Assembly (NCBI GenBank): GCA_963798095.1
Contig: CAWCSD010000024.1
Span: 6,526-70,525 of the forward strand
From: an uncultured Alphaproteobacteria bacterium
GTDB lineage: Bacteria > Pseudomonadota > Alphaproteobacteria > Rhizobiales > Xanthobacteraceae
DNA: 64,000 nt
Reading direction: 5' to 3'
Position 1 is the first letter of the stretch, and the number at the start of each line of letters is the position of its first letter. Under the pieces are notes generated by a model. That model was not told the origin of the DNA. It made no database searches and saw only the letters and a program-made list of their open reading frames with translations. This document shows, piece by piece, positions 27,939 through 38,613 of this stretch. The position numbers were made by a program, and so were the translations under genes.

Positions 27939-28664
27939 TCACGCCGTCTCGGTGAAGAAGTCGCGCATCAGCATGTAGGATTTGCGGCAGAGTTTCTCGT
28001 CGTAGCGCGTCGGGCCGGCATGGACCGTCGGGTCGCAGAACGAATGCACGGCGCCGCCGAACATCATCACTTGCCAATCGATCTTGGCATTGGTCATTTC
28101 TTCCTCGAACGCGTCCATCATCGGCTTCGGCGTCACCGGATCGGCCGAGCCGTGGATCGCCAGCACGCGGCCCTTGATGTTGCAGGGCGTGCCGGCCACC
28201 ACCGGATTGGGATTGGTGACGTGGAACACGACGACCGCGTTGAAATCGGCGCCGGCGCGGGCCTGCTCGAGGACATAGCCGCCGCCGGCGCAATAGCCGA
28301 TCGCGACTTTCTTTCCGGTATCGATAAGGCCAAGCTTGTTGGCTTCGCCGAGCAGCGCATCGTAGGCCGCGCCGCCGCAGGCGATGGTGAACGGCAGATT
28401 TTTGTGTACGGCGAGCATGCCGGCCCGCAGGTCGTCCACGGTCTTGGGCTTTTGGCCGTAGCCTGAGCCGAACATGTCGGCCATCAGCACGACATAGTCC
28501 TTGCCGGCGACGGTGCGAGCCTGGCCGATGGTGTCGGCGCAAACGCCTTTCCAGTCCGGCTGCATGAAGATCAGCGGGCGCTTTGCCTTCACGCTGTCAT
28601 CGTAGACGATCATGCCTTCGAACTGCCTGCCGTCGACCTGATACGGCACCTTCTTCTCGGCCAT
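27939..28664 (-). CDS. Dienelactone hydrolase family protein
   Basis: MAEKKVPYQVDGRQFEGMIVYDD..., nucleophile context IGYCAGGGY, HGSADP. The ATG at 28664 fits family length. Confidence 0.8.
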   Translation of the reverse strand: MAEKKVPYQVDGRQFEGMIVYDDSVKAKRPLIFMQPDWKGVCADTIGQARTVAGKDYVVLMADMFGSGYGQKPKTVDDLRAGMLAVHKNLPFTIACGGAAYDALLGEANKLGLIDTGKKVAIGYCAGGGYVLEQARAGADFNAVVVFHVTNPNPVVAGTPCNIKGRVLAIHGSADPVTPKPMMDAFEEEMTNAKIDWQVMMFGGAVHSFCDPTVHAGPTRYDEKLCRKSYMLMRDFFTETA

Positions 28665-28870
28665 CGTTCGCTCTCCTTGTTCTCGCTCCGGCAATAGTAA
28701 CAAAATCAGCGGCGGGGAACACGGTGCCAGACGGGCAAGACGCTGCCGCGTCGTGGACGATGCCATAAGCGCCGGGCGCTGAAATCTCGCGCGACACCTT
28801 GTCTATCCAATCACTGCTGACCTGGGCTAAGCTCAAAGCCAAAGCAAGCCGGGGGAAGGGGACAAGGGCC

Positions 28871-29731
28871 GTGGATGCGCGGTTTTGGCTGATACAGGCC
28901 TTCAACGGCATTTCCTACGGCGCGCTGTTGTTCCTGGTGGGGAGCGGGCTGTCGCTGATTTTCGGCGTCATGCGCATCGTCAACCTGTCCCATGGCTCGT
29001 ATTTTTTGCTCGGCGGCTATGTCGCCTTGTCGGTGATCTGGACCACCGGCTCCTGGCTGTTGGCGATTCCGGTCGCCGCCGTCACCGTCGCGCTGATCGG
29101 CCTGGTGATGGAGCGGGTGTTCTTGCGGCCATTGGGTTTCGATCCGCTGCGGCAGGTGCTGCTGACGGTCGGCTTCGCCTTCCTGTTCCAGCAGGCCGCG
29201 CTTGATATCTGGACCGGCAACCCGTTCGACATCAATCCGCCGGCCGTGCTCACGCAAAGCATTGTGGTCGGCGGCCTTCATCTGCCGCTTTACCGCATCT
29301 TCATGATCGGCGTCGCTTTGTTCATCGGGCTTACGCTGTGGCTGGTCATGGAAAAAACCCGGCTCGGCGCCACTATCCGCGCCACCGTCGACGATGCGGA
29401 AATGGCGCGCGGCGTCGGCATCGACACGTCTTACATCTCGATGCTGATTTTCGCGCTCGGCGCCTTCCTGGCGGCGCTCGGCGGCGTCATCGGCGGCGCC
29501 TTCCTCGGCGTCTATCCCGGCCTCGATTTCGAAATGCTGCCGATCGCCTTCGCCGTGGTGATCATCGGCGGCATGGGCAGCCTCGGCGGCGCCGCGATCG
29601 GAGCGCTGATCGTCGGGCTCGCCGACAATTTCGGCAAGGCGCTGTTTCCCGAAATCTCCTACTTCACGCTCTACGCGCCGATGGCCCTGATCCTGGCGGT
29701 GAAGCCGACCGGGCTGTTCGGACGGGAATGA
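28871..29731 (+). CDS. HAAT-family ABC permease (LivH-like)
   Basis: GTG start after GGGAAGGGGA. LIQAFNGISYGALLFLVGSGLSLIFGVMRIVNLSHGS. Confidence 0.85.
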   Translation: MDARFWLIQAFNGISYGALLFLVGSGLSLIFGVMRIVNLSHGSYFLLGGYVALSVIWTTGSWLLAIPVAAVTVALIGLVMERVFLRPLGFDPLRQVLLTVGFAFLFQQAALDIWTGNPFDINPPAVLTQSIVVGGLHLPLYRIFMIGVALFIGLTLWLVMEKTRLGATIRATVDDAEMARGVGIDTSYISMLIFALGAFLAALGGVIGGAFLGVYPGLDFEMLPIAFAVVIIGGMGSLGGAAIGALIVGLADNFGKALFPEISYFTLYAPMALILAVKPTGLFGRE

Positions 29732-30711
29732 GCATGGCGCGTGATCGCGTAAAAATCCTGATCGTGATCGTGGCGCTCGCCGCGGTCGCGCTGGTCGTTC
29801 CGCATACCACGTCGTTCATCATCCTGTTGGCGACGCGTGCGCTCGCCTTCTCGATCCTGGTGATGAGCCTCGACCTCCTGCTCGGTTTCACCGGCCTCGC
29901 CTCGCTCGGGCAAGCCGCATATCTCGGCATCGGCGCCTATCTGACCGCGATCCTGGCGGCGCGCTACCAGGTCGGGCTCGGCTACGATTTCTGGCTGGTG
30001 ATCGTGTTCGGCATGCTCGGCGCCGCGACGCTTGCCGCGCTGTTCGGGTTGCTCGCGACCCGCGCCACCGGCGTCTATTTCTTGATGATCACGCTGGCGC
30101 TCGGGCAATGCGTGTGGGGGTTGGCCTATCGCTGGAATTCGCTGACCGGCGGCGACAACGGCATCAATCTGGAGCACCGCCCCAAATTCGGCATCGACCT
30201 CGCCAACGAGGTGACGTTCTTCTACGTGGTGTTCGGCTTCTGCGCGGTTTCGCTCCTGGTCCTGTACACGATCGTGCGCTCGCCGTTCGGCCGCAGCCTA
30301 GTCGGCATTCGCGAGCGCGAGCCACGCATGAAAATCCTGGGCTACAATACCTGGCTGCACAAATATCTCGCCTTCATCATCGCCGGCGCCTTCGGCGGGC
30401 TGTCCGGCGTGCTGTGGGCGCACACCGCCGGTATCGTCAGTCCCGAAAACGTGGTGCTGACCACGTCGGTCGACGCGCTGTTGATGGCGGTGCTGGGCGG
30501 CGCCGGCACATTGGTCGGCGGCATCATCGGCGCCAGCGTCGTGCTGTTCATCCGCGAATATCTCAGTACGCTGGTGCATTGGTGGCAATACGTGCTCGGC
30601 GGCGTCTATGTGCTGGTCATCCTTTATCTGCCCGGCGGCTTGATGAGCATTCCGGAGCGCATTCGCCAATGGCGCACGGCACAGGTGAAGTCGGCGGCAG
30701 CGCCGCAGTGA
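29728..30711 (+). CDS. HAAT-family ABC permease (LivM-like)
   Basis: ATGA overlap with the upstream gene. LLGFTGLASLGQAAYLGIGAY, VGIREREPRMKILGYN. Confidence 0.85.
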   Translation: MSMARDRVKILIVIVALAAVALVVPHTTSFIILLATRALAFSILVMSLDLLLGFTGLASLGQAAYLGIGAYLTAILAARYQVGLGYDFWLVIVFGMLGAATLAALFGLLATRATGVYFLMITLALGQCVWGLAYRWNSLTGGDNGINLEHRPKFGIDLANEVTFFYVVFGFCAVSLLVLYTIVRSPFGRSLVGIREREPRMKILGYNTWLHKYLAFIIAGAFGGLSGVLWAHTAGIVSPENVVLTTSVDALLMAVLGGAGTLVGGIIGASVVLFIREYLSTLVHWWQYVLGGVYVLVILYLPGGLMSIPERIRQWRTAQVKSAAAPQ

Positions 30712-30744
30712 GAGTAGAGTGATCCAACCCAAGGGAGTGAAACC

Positions 30745-32007
30745 ATGATGAGCAAGTTGGGAAGGCGAGCCGGCGCGATGCTGATCGGTGCCTGTCTCGC
30801 GTTGACGGCGGGACTTGCGCCCGGGGCAGCTCAAGAAGAATTGCGCATCGGCCTGATCGCGCCGATGACCGGCCCGTTCGCTCAGGTCGGCGCCGACATG
30901 ACCAACGGCTTTAAAATGTATCTCGACGAGGTCAACAGCAACTTCGCCGGCGCCAAGGTCAATCTGATCATCGAGGACAGCCAGGGCAAGCCTGACACCG
31001 CCGTGACCAAGGCGAAGAAGCTCATCCTTGAAGATCACGTGCAGATGCTCGTCGGCGGCGTGCTGGCGCCGGAGGGCTATGCGCTCGCGCCGGTGTCGAC
31101 CGCCGAGAAGACCGTCTATATCGCTTCGGTGCCGGCGGCCGACGACCTCACCCAGCGCCAGCTCGGCAATTATCCGTATTTCATCCGCACCAGCTGGACG
31201 TCATCGCAGCCGCATCATCCGCTCGGCCAATGGGCCTGCGACCAGGGCTACAAGAAGATCATCACCGTCGGCGCCGACTATGCGTTCGGCTATGAAGCGG
31301 TCGGCGGCTTTCAGAAGGCGTTCGAGGATTGCGGCGGCAAGATCATCCAGAAGATCTGGCCGCCGCTCGGCACCAAGGACTTCGGGCCCTATATCCCGAC
31401 CTTCAAGGCCGATGCCGACGCGGTGTTCTCGCTGATGGTCGGGCCGATGCCGCTGCAATTTCCCAAGCAATTGCGCGCGTCCGGTTGGACCAAGCCGATC
31501 ATCGGCGGCGGCACCAGCTACGACGAGTCGGTCTTGCCGTTCATGGGCGACGAAGTGATCGGCGACGTGTCAGCGCTGCAATACAGCGCCGGTCTGCAGA
31601 CGCCGAGGAACGAGGCCTTCGTCAAGGCCTACCGCGCCAAATACGGCAAGGTGCCGTCGTACTTCTCCGAGAGCAACTACACCACGGCGATGATGATCGA
31701 CCTGGTGATGAAACAGACCAAGGGCGCGTGGCCCGGACCGGAAGCCTTCATCGCGAAAATGCTGACGCTCAAGGTCGATGCGCCGCGCGGGCCGGTCAGC
31801 TTCGACGACATGCGCAATCCGATCCAGGACATCTACATCAAGAAGGTCGAGAAGACGAAGATGTTCGGCTACGACAAGGATGAGCTGTGGAACGTGGTGA
31901 TCAAGACCTATCCGGCCGTCAGCCAGTTCTGGACCTACGGCAAGGACGCGTTCCTCAAGCAGCCGGTCTATAGCCGCGACTTCCCGCCCTGCAAAAATTG
32001 CGAATGA
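30745..32007 (+). CDS. ABC transporter periplasmic substrate-binding protein (Leu/Ile/Val-binding family, Peripla_BP_6)
   Basis: Signal peptide. LRIGLIAPMTGPFAQVGADMTNGFKMYLDEVN. 420 aa. Confidence 0.85.
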   Translation: MMSKLGRRAGAMLIGACLALTAGLAPGAAQEELRIGLIAPMTGPFAQVGADMTNGFKMYLDEVNSNFAGAKVNLIIEDSQGKPDTAVTKAKKLILEDHVQMLVGGVLAPEGYALAPVSTAEKTVYIASVPAADDLTQRQLGNYPYFIRTSWTSSQPHHPLGQWACDQGYKKIITVGADYAFGYEAVGGFQKAFEDCGGKIIQKIWPPLGTKDFGPYIPTFKADADAVFSLMVGPMPLQFPKQLRASGWTKPIIGGGTSYDESVLPFMGDEVIGDVSALQYSAGLQTPRNEAFVKAYRAKYGKVPSYFSESNYTTAMMIDLVMKQTKGAWPGPEAFIAKMLTLKVDAPRGPVSFDDMRNPIQDIYIKKVEKTKMFGYDKDELWNVVIKTYPAVSQFWTYGKDAFLKQPVYSRDFPPCKNCE

Positions 32008-32832
32008 GCGCCATCGTTGGGGACTCGCGCAAGGGTTCCGGCACGATCTTCAATGCAGGTTTGTGCGTGAGCCAGAACGGAACGAACGCCGCGCCGGTGC
32101 TCGAGCTGAAGGACCTGTCGAAGGCCTTCGGCGGCTTGCGCGCCGTGCGCGGCGTGTCGCTGAAAATCATGCCCGGCGACCGCAAGGCCATCATCGGCCC
32201 GAACGGCGCCGGCAAGACCACGCTGTTCAATCTGATCACCGGCATTCTGCCGGCGATCTTCGGGTCGGGTGCTGCTGTTCGGCCAAGACGTGACGCGCTG
32301 GCCGAGCCATCGGCGCACCGCGCTCGGCATGGCGCGCACGTTCCAGGTGACAAGTCTGTTTCCAAAACTCTCGGTGCTCGACAACGTGCTGCTGGCGATC
32401 AAGGGCCGGCGCGCCTCGAAATACGTGATGTGGCGATTTCTGTCGTCCTATCGCGACGTCTACGACAAGGCGCACGAGTTGTTGGCGCGGGCCGCGTTCC
32501 TCGACCGCAAGGATACCGAGGTGCGCTATCTGTCCCACGGCGAACAGCGCCAGCTCGAGATCGTGCTCGGGCTCGCCAGCGATCCGGATATTCTGTTGCT
32601 CGACGAGCCGGCCGCCGGCCTGTCATCGGGCGAGTCGGCGGAGATGGCGAGGTTCCTGCAAGGCCTCGATCGCAAAATGGCGATCCTGTTGATCGAGCAC
32701 GACATGGATATCGTGTTCGACGTCGCCGACGAAATCTCGGTCCTGCATTTCGGCGAGGTGCTGGAAAGCGGCTCGGCCGAGCGCATCCGCTCCAGCGCCA
32801 AGGTGCAGGAAATCTATCTGGGGACCGCCTGA
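32004..32832 (+). pseudogene. HAAT-family ABC ATPase (LivG-like), one frameshift
   Basis: Walker A part (GPNGAGKTTLFNLITGILPA) is in the frame of ORF 31998... The continuation (SGRVLLFGQDVTRWPSHRRTALGMARTFQ...LLLDEPAAGL) is in the frame of ORF 32269..32832. The switch is near 32253..32262. Confidence 0.75.
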
Positions 32833-32835
32833 ACC

Positions 32836-33537
32836 ATGACGATCCTCGACGTCCAGGACATCCATACCTATTACGGCGACGCCTATGTGTTGCAGGGCTT
32901 GTCGCTTAAGCTCGAACAGGGCCAGATTCTCGGGCTGCTCGGCCGTAACGGCGTCGGCAAGACCACCATCGTCAATTCCATCGTCGGCTTCACGCCGCCG
33001 CGCCGCGGCAAGATCTATTTCAAGGGCGCGGACATCACCGGCAATTCCTCGTTCGCCATCGTGCGCAGCGGCGTCGGGCTGGTGCCGCAGGGCCGCCGCG
33101 TATTTCCGACGCTCAGCGTCGAGGACAATCTCTTGGTCGCCGGGCACAGCCCCGAGCGCCACGGCTGGGATCTGCAACGGGTCTATGCGCTGTTCCCACG
33201 GCTGCGCGAGCGCAGGAGCCAGCGCGCCAAGACGCTGTCCGGCGGCGAGCAGCAGATGCTCGCCATCGGCCGCGGGCTGATGACCAATCCCGATTGCCTG
33301 ATCATGGACGAGCCGTCGGAAGGGCTGGCGCCGATCATCATCCAGGGCCTGTGGGAGGCGATCGCCAAGCTCAAGCAGGAGGGACTATCCATTCTGCTGG
33401 TCGAGCAGAACGCCGCGCTGGCGCTCAAGCTGGTCGATTTCGTGCATGTCATCTCCAAGGGCAGGGTGGTCTATTCCGGGCTGCCGGGCGAGCTGTGGGA
33501 AGACCACGACGTCAAATCGCGGTTCCTCGGGATTTGA
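32836..33537 (+). CDS. HAAT-family ABC ATPase (LivF-like)
   Basis: GRNGVGKTT, LSGGEQQML, LIMDEPSEGLAP. Confidence 0.85.
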   Translation: MTILDVQDIHTYYGDAYVLQGLSLKLEQGQILGLLGRNGVGKTTIVNSIVGFTPPRRGKIYFKGADITGNSSFAIVRSGVGLVPQGRRVFPTLSVEDNLLVAGHSPERHGWDLQRVYALFPRLRERRSQRAKTLSGGEQQMLAIGRGLMTNPDCLIMDEPSEGLAPIIIQGLWEAIAKLKQEGLSILLVEQNAALALKLVDFVHVISKGRVVYSGLPGELWEDHDVKSRFLGI

Positions 33538-33541
33538 CGCG

Positions 33542-34781
33542 CTATTTCTCCAGCCGCGCGACGATTTCGACATGCGCCGAGTAACGGAATTGGTCGACCG
33601 GCGTCACCGCCGTGAGCCGATAGCCGCCATCGATCAGAAGGCGCATGTCGCGGGCGAACGTCGCCGGATTGCACGACACCGCGACGATGACCGGGACATC
33701 GCTCGCCGCGAGCGCGCTTGATTGCGCCTGGGCGCCCTGGCGCGGCGGGTCGAACAGCACGGCGTCGAAATCGTCGAGATCCTCGTTCACGAAGGGATTT
33801 TTGAACAAATCGCGCCGCGTCACTTCGATCGGCTTGAGGCCGGACGTGGCCGCCGCCGCAACCTTCAGCGCGCCAAGCGCCGCCTCGTCGGCGTCGACCG
33901 CCACGACGCGCGCGCTTTCGGCGAGCCGTAGCGCGAACGGACCGATGCCGGAGAACAGGTCGGCGACCGCTTTGGCGCCGGCGCAATAGGCCAGCGCGAG
34001 CTGCGCGAGCGCCGCCTCGCCCGCCGCGGTGGCTTGCAGGAATGCGGCGGGCGGCAGCGCAACCGTCGCTTTGCCGATCCGCAGCGTCGGCGCGCGCTGC
34101 TGCGCGACAAGCTCGCCGTGGCGGGTCAGGCGCGCAAGGTTGTGAGCGGCGGCGACGCGCGCCAGCGCCGCCGTGAGCGAAGCCGACAGCGCGCCGGAGC
34201 CGCGCACATCGACATCGAGGCCGGCATCGGTCGCCGTGACCTGGATGTCGAGCGGCTTATTGGCGGGCGTCGAGCACTTCGGCAATCGCCCATGCGGCTT
34301 GCAGCGCGCCGTCGAGGCTTTTCGCCAAAACCGGACAGCGATCGATCGCAATCACGTGATGGGCGCGCGCGGCCGAAAAGCCGACTTCGAGAATGTCACG
34401 GCCGCCGCGCCTGGCGTGGAATACGGCGCGGCGGCGGCCGTCGCCATGGGCGTCGATCAGGTCGCCGACCGGCGCCTCGATGCCGGCCTGGTGCAACGCC
34501 GTAACGACGAGATCGCGCTTCCACGCGCGATAGTGTTCGGTGCGCCAATGCTGCACGGCGCAGCCGCCGCAGATGCCGAAATGCGGGCAGATCGGCGCGA
34601 TGCGCTCGGCGCTCGGCGTGTCGACGCGAAGCAGCTGCCGCCGGTCGGGATGGCCGGGAATGTTCTCGACCTCGACCGTCTCGCCGGGCAGCGCGCCGAA
34701 CACGTAAATCGGCTCCGCGCCGCTCTCGACGACACCGTCGCCGCGATGGCCGAGCCGATCGATCACGAGGCGCTCAACCAC
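33542..34781 (-). pseudogene. RumA/TrmA-family SAM-dependent RNA (uracil-5)-methyltransferase, one frameshift
   Basis: The N-terminal TRAM and Fe-S Cys cluster ([14 protein letters not shown]) are in ORF 34257..34781, which ends in TAA. The methyltransferase domain ([11 protein letters not shown]...DPPRQGA...[11 protein letters not shown]) is in ORF 33542..34351. The switch is around 34260..34275. Confidence 0.75.
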
Positions 34782-35505
34782 GCTCGGCCTCGATGAAAAA
34801 TTCGCGGTTGCCGTCGCCGCCGACGATCGCTGACGGCGCGATACCGCCGACGCGCCAGCCGAGCGCGGTCAGAAAGGCGCCAATGTCATTGCAGACCGAG
34901 GAATGGATGCTAGCATCGCGCACGATGCCTTTCTTGACGTCGCGGCGGCCGGCCTCGAATTGCGGCTTGATCAGCGCAAGGAGCGTTGCCCGCGGTTTGA
35001 GGATGTTGCCGACAGCCGGCATGACCAGCTTGAGCGAGATGAAGCTCACATCCACCGTGGCGAAATCCGGCTCTTCGGCGAGACGCGCCGGATCAAGCGT
35101 GCGGATATCGGTTTCCTCCATCGAGACGATATCGCCGCGGCCGCGCAGGCGCGGATGCAGCTGATCGCGGCCGACGTCGATCGCGTAGACGCGCTGCGCG
35201 CCGCGCAGAACCAGAACTTCGGTGAAACCGCCGGTCGAGGCGCCGACGTCGAGGCAGATGCGCCCCGTTACGTTGAGATGAAAATGATCGAGCGCGGCTG
35301 CAAGCTTGACGCCGCCGCGCGACACATACGGATGCACGGGCTCGGCGGCGATGACCGCGGCGGACGAAATTGCCTCCGACGCCTTGCGCACCGGCACGCC
35401 GTCGGCAGTCACAAGGCCGGCGGCAATCGCGGCCTGGGCGCGGGCGCGGCTTTCGAACAGGCCGCGCGCGACCAACAGGCGATCTGCGCGTTCTCGGGCG
35501 GTCAT
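34774..35505 (-). CDS. tlyA: TlyA-family rRNA 2'-O-methyltransferase
   Basis: S4-like N-terminus ([22 protein letters not shown]), [18 protein letters not shown]. Confidence 0.85.
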   Translation of the reverse strand: MTARERADRLLVARGLFESRARAQAAIAAGLVTADGVPVRKASEAISSAAVIAAEPVHPYVSRGGVKLAAALDHFHLNVTGRICLDVGASTGGFTEVLVLRGAQRVYAIDVGRDQLHPRLRGRGDIVSMEETDIRTLDPARLAEEPDFATVDVSFISLKLVMPAVGNILKPRATLLALIKPQFEAGRRDVKKGIVRDASIHSSVCNDIGAFLTALGWRVGGIAPSAIVGGDGNREFFIEAERG

Positions 35506-35524
35506 GATGGGCGATTATAAACGA

Positions 35525-35549
35525 GATGCCCGGCATTGCGCCGGGCATC
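35525..35549. terminator. Perfect 10-bp hairpin between dxs and tlyA
   Basis: GATGCCCGGC-attgc-GCCGGGCATC. Only a weak T tract follows on the minus strand, so it may be a terminator or attenuator, or just a structural element. Confidence 0.4.
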
Positions 35550-35582
35550 GAACGTCTGCAAATCCGAAGAGTTGTCAGGCGA

Positions 35583-37514
35583 TCAGGACCGGACCAGCTT
35601 CACCGCCTCGCCGCGCATGTTCTGGCCGAGCGCTTCGAACGCCTTGGCGACGATGCCTTTGGCATCGAGGCCGGCCTTGGCGTACATGGCGTTGGGCGAG
35701 TCCTGGTCGATGAAGAAATCGGGCAGCACCATCGAGCGGATCTTGAGGCCACGGTCGAGCACGCCGTGCTCGGCGAGCGTCTGCAGCGCGAAGGAGCCGA
35801 AGCCGCCGATGGAGCCTTCCTCGATGGTCACCAGCACTTCGTGCTCGCGCGCCAGCCGCAGCAGCATGTCGACGTCGAGCGGCTTGGCGAAGCGCGCATC
35901 GGCGACCGTGGTCGAGAGGCCGAAAGCGGCCAGCTCGTCGGCCGCCTTGAGGCATTCGCCGAGGCGGGCGCCGTAGGACAACAGCGCCACCTTGGTGCCT
36001 TCGCGCAGGATGCGGCCTTTGCCGATCTCGAGCGGCTTGCCTTCGTCCGGCATCGGCACGCCGCGGCCTTCGCCGCGCGGGTAGCGCAGCGCCGATGGGC
36101 GATCGTCGATGGCGACGGCAGTCGCCACCATGTGCACAAGCTCCGCCTCGTCAGCCGCCGCCATCAGCACGAAACCGGGCAGGCAGCCGAGATAGGCGAC
36201 ATCGAAAGCGCCGGCATGGGTCGGGCCGTCGGCGCCGACCAGACCGGCGCGGTCCATGGCGAAACGCACCGGCAGGCGTTGGATGGCGACGTCGTGGACC
36301 ACCTGGTCGTAGGCGCGCTGCAGGAACGTCGAATAGATGGTGGCGAACGGCTTGTAGCCTTCGGTGGCAAGGCCTGCGGCAAACGTTATGCCATGCTGCT
36401 CGGCAATGCCGACGTCGAAGGTGCGGTTGGGAAACTCTTTCTGGAACAGATCGATGCCGGTGCCCGACGGCATCGCCGCGGTGATGGCCACGATCTTGTC
36501 GTCCTTGCGGGCTTCCTTGATCAGGCTTTCGCCGTACACTTTCTGATAAGCGGGCGCGACCGGCTTGGATTTGACTTGCGCGCCGGTAGCAACGTCGAAT
36601 TTGACGACGCCGTGATATTTGTCGGCGGATTTTTCCGCCGGCGCATAGCCCTTGCCCTTTTGCGTCACGACGTGAACCAGGATCGGTCCGTTCTTCATGT
36701 CGCGCACGTTTTTGAGGACCGGCAGCAGGTGGTCGATATTGTGGCCGTCGATCGGCCCGACATAGAAGAAGCCGAGCTCGTCGAACAGCGTGCCGCCGGT
36801 GACCAGGCCGCGGGCATATTCTTCCATCGCCAGCGCGCGCTGCTCGAGCATCTTGGTCGGCATGCGCTTGGCGATCTGACGAATGACCTTGCGCACCCGA
36901 TGATAGGCCTTCCCAGACACCCGGCGGGCGAGATAGGCCGACAGCGCGCCGACCGGCGGCGCGATCGACATGTCGTTGTCGTTGAGGATGACGATGAGGC
37001 GCGAATCCATCGCGCCGGCATTGTTCATGGCCTCGTAGGCCATGCCGGCCGACATCGCGCCGTCGCCGATGACGGCGACGACATTATTCTGCTTGCCCTG
37101 CAGGTCGCGGGCGACGGCCATGCCGAGGCCGGCGGAAATCGAGGTCGAGGAGTGCGCGGCGCCGAACGGATCGTATTCGCTCTCGGCGCGCTTGGTGAAA
37201 CCGGACAGTCCGCCGCCCGCCCGCAAGGTGCGGATGCGGTCGCGGCGATTGGTCAGGATCTTGTGCGGATAGGCCTGGTGGCCGACGTCCCAAATCAGGC
37301 GGTCCTGGGGCGTGTCGAAAACATAGTGTAGCGCCACCGTCAGCTCGATCACGCCGAGGCCGGCGCCGAGATGGCCGCCGGTCACGGCGACAGCGTCGAT
37401 GGTCTCCTGGCGCAACTCGTCCGCCACCTGGCGAAGCTGGCCCGGCTTGAGTTGCCTGAGGTCGTGCGGGGTCTTGATCTGGTCGAGCAAAGGGGTCTTG
37501 GAGGCAACAGTCAC
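35583..37514 (-). CDS. dxs: 1-deoxy-D-xylulose-5-phosphate synthase
   Basis: 643 aa. [55 protein letters not shown]. Confidence 0.95.
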   Translation of the reverse strand: MTVASKTPLLDQIKTPHDLRQLKPGQLRQVADELRQETIDAVAVTGGHLGAGLGVIELTVALHYVFDTPQDRLIWDVGHQAYPHKILTNRRDRIRTLRAGGGLSGFTKRAESEYDPFGAAHSSTSISAGLGMAVARDLQGKQNNVVAVIGDGAMSAGMAYEAMNNAGAMDSRLIVILNDNDMSIAPPVGALSAYLARRVSGKAYHRVRKVIRQIAKRMPTKMLEQRALAMEEYARGLVTGGTLFDELGFFYVGPIDGHNIDHLLPVLKNVRDMKNGPILVHVVTQKGKGYAPAEKSADKYHGVVKFDVATGAQVKSKPVAPAYQKVYGESLIKEARKDDKIVAITAAMPSGTGIDLFQKEFPNRTFDVGIAEQHGITFAAGLATEGYKPFATIYSTFLQRAYDQVVHDVAIQRLPVRFAMDRAGLVGADGPTHAGAFDVAYLGCLPGFVLMAAADEAELVHMVATAVAIDDRPSALRYPRGEGRGVPMPDEGKPLEIGKGRILREGTKVALLSYGARLGECLKAADELAAFGLSTTVADARFAKPLDVDMLLRLAREHEVLVTIEEGSIGGFGSFALQTLAEHGVLDRGLKIRSMVLPDFFIDQDSPNAMYAKAGLDAKGIVAKAFEALGQNMRGEAVKLVRS

Positions 37515-37659
37515 GCTATGCTCCTTAAGGGACCGAAAACGACTACCGACAAACGGCTTATCGCCTAACGGCGTTTATTGGGGTCTAGTGCGCGCCCATC
37601 CTCACGCACGCTGATTTGCCTGTCTTTACACCATAGCGGCCGAGAAGGGCAATTTACCG

Positions 37660-37676
37660 GTTCCGGCCGCCGGAAC
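37660..37676. promoter_or_regulatory. Palindrome upstream of ku (candidate operator)
   Basis: GTTCCGGC-c-GCCGGAAC lies about 50 nt upstream of the ku ATG and is followed by AT-rich TATATT/TATATG -10-like hexamers. Confidence 0.3.
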
Positions 37677-37726
37677 TCCCAGGCATTATATTCCCTTATA
37701 TGTTGGGTAGCGTTGGGAGTTTTACC

Positions 37727-38611
37727 ATGGCACCGAGGGCGAATTGGAAGGGTTTTCTGAAGCTTTCCTTGGTCTCCTGCAGTGTCGGCCTGGTTCAAGC
37801 CACCTCGTCCAAGGATCGGATCCGCTTCAACATCATCAATCGTGAGACCGGTAATCGCGTACGATTTCGGCAGATTGACGCCGAAACCGGGGAAGATGTT
37901 CCCGAAGAAGACCGGATCAAGGGGTTTAAGGCGGCCGACGGCTCCTATGTGCTGCTGGAACCCGAGGAACTCGACGAAGTCGCGCTGGAGAGCACCCACA
38001 CCATCGATATCGAGGCCTTCGTGCCCCGCAAGGACATCGACGAAATCTACCTCGATACGCCCTATTACCTATTCCCCGACGACGAGGTCGGGGTCGAAGC
38101 CTTCGCCGTGATCCGGGACGCCATGCGGTCGACTTCGCTGGTCGGGATCGCCCGCGTGGTGCTGCATAATCACGAACTCGTGCTGATGCTCGAGCCGCTG
38201 GACAAGGGCATCAAGGCGACGGCGTTGCGCTATCAAGACGAGATCCGCGACGCCAAGGAGTATTTCTCCGACATCGAGACCGTGAAGGTGCCGAAGGACA
38301 TGCTCGAGCTTGCCGAGCACATCCTCAAGACCAAGCGCGGTCATTTCGACCCGTCGAAGTTCTCCGACCGTTACGAGGATGCGCTCAAGGCGCTGATCAA
38401 GGCGAAGCAGGCGGGCAAGCCGGCGCCGGCCGTTCCGGAGCGGCCGAGCAATGTCATCAATCTGATGGACGCGCTGCGCCGTTCGGTGCGTTCCGAGCGT
38501 AGCGGCGGCGAGGCGCCTGCGCATCGCGGCAAGCAACGCGCCGCGCGCTCCAGCACGGCGTCACGCAAGCGCGGCGCCGTCAAAACCAAGCGCCTCAAAC
38601 GCGCCGGCTGA
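37727..38611 (+). CDS. ku: Ku protein (NHEJ DNA-end-binding)
   Basis: MAPRANWKGFLKLSLVSCSVGL, YYLFPD, basic Lys/Arg-rich C-terminal tail. Confidence 0.9.
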   Translation: MAPRANWKGFLKLSLVSCSVGLVQATSSKDRIRFNIINRETGNRVRFRQIDAETGEDVPEEDRIKGFKAADGSYVLLEPEELDEVALESTHTIDIEAFVPRKDIDEIYLDTPYYLFPDDEVGVEAFAVIRDAMRSTSLVGIARVVLHNHELVLMLEPLDKGIKATALRYQDEIRDAKEYFSDIETVKVPKDMLELAEHILKTKRGHFDPSKFSDRYEDALKALIKAKQAGKPAPAVPERPSNVINLMDALRRSVRSERSGGEAPAHRGKQRAARSSTASRKRGAVKTKRLKRAG

Positions 38612-38613
38612 AC

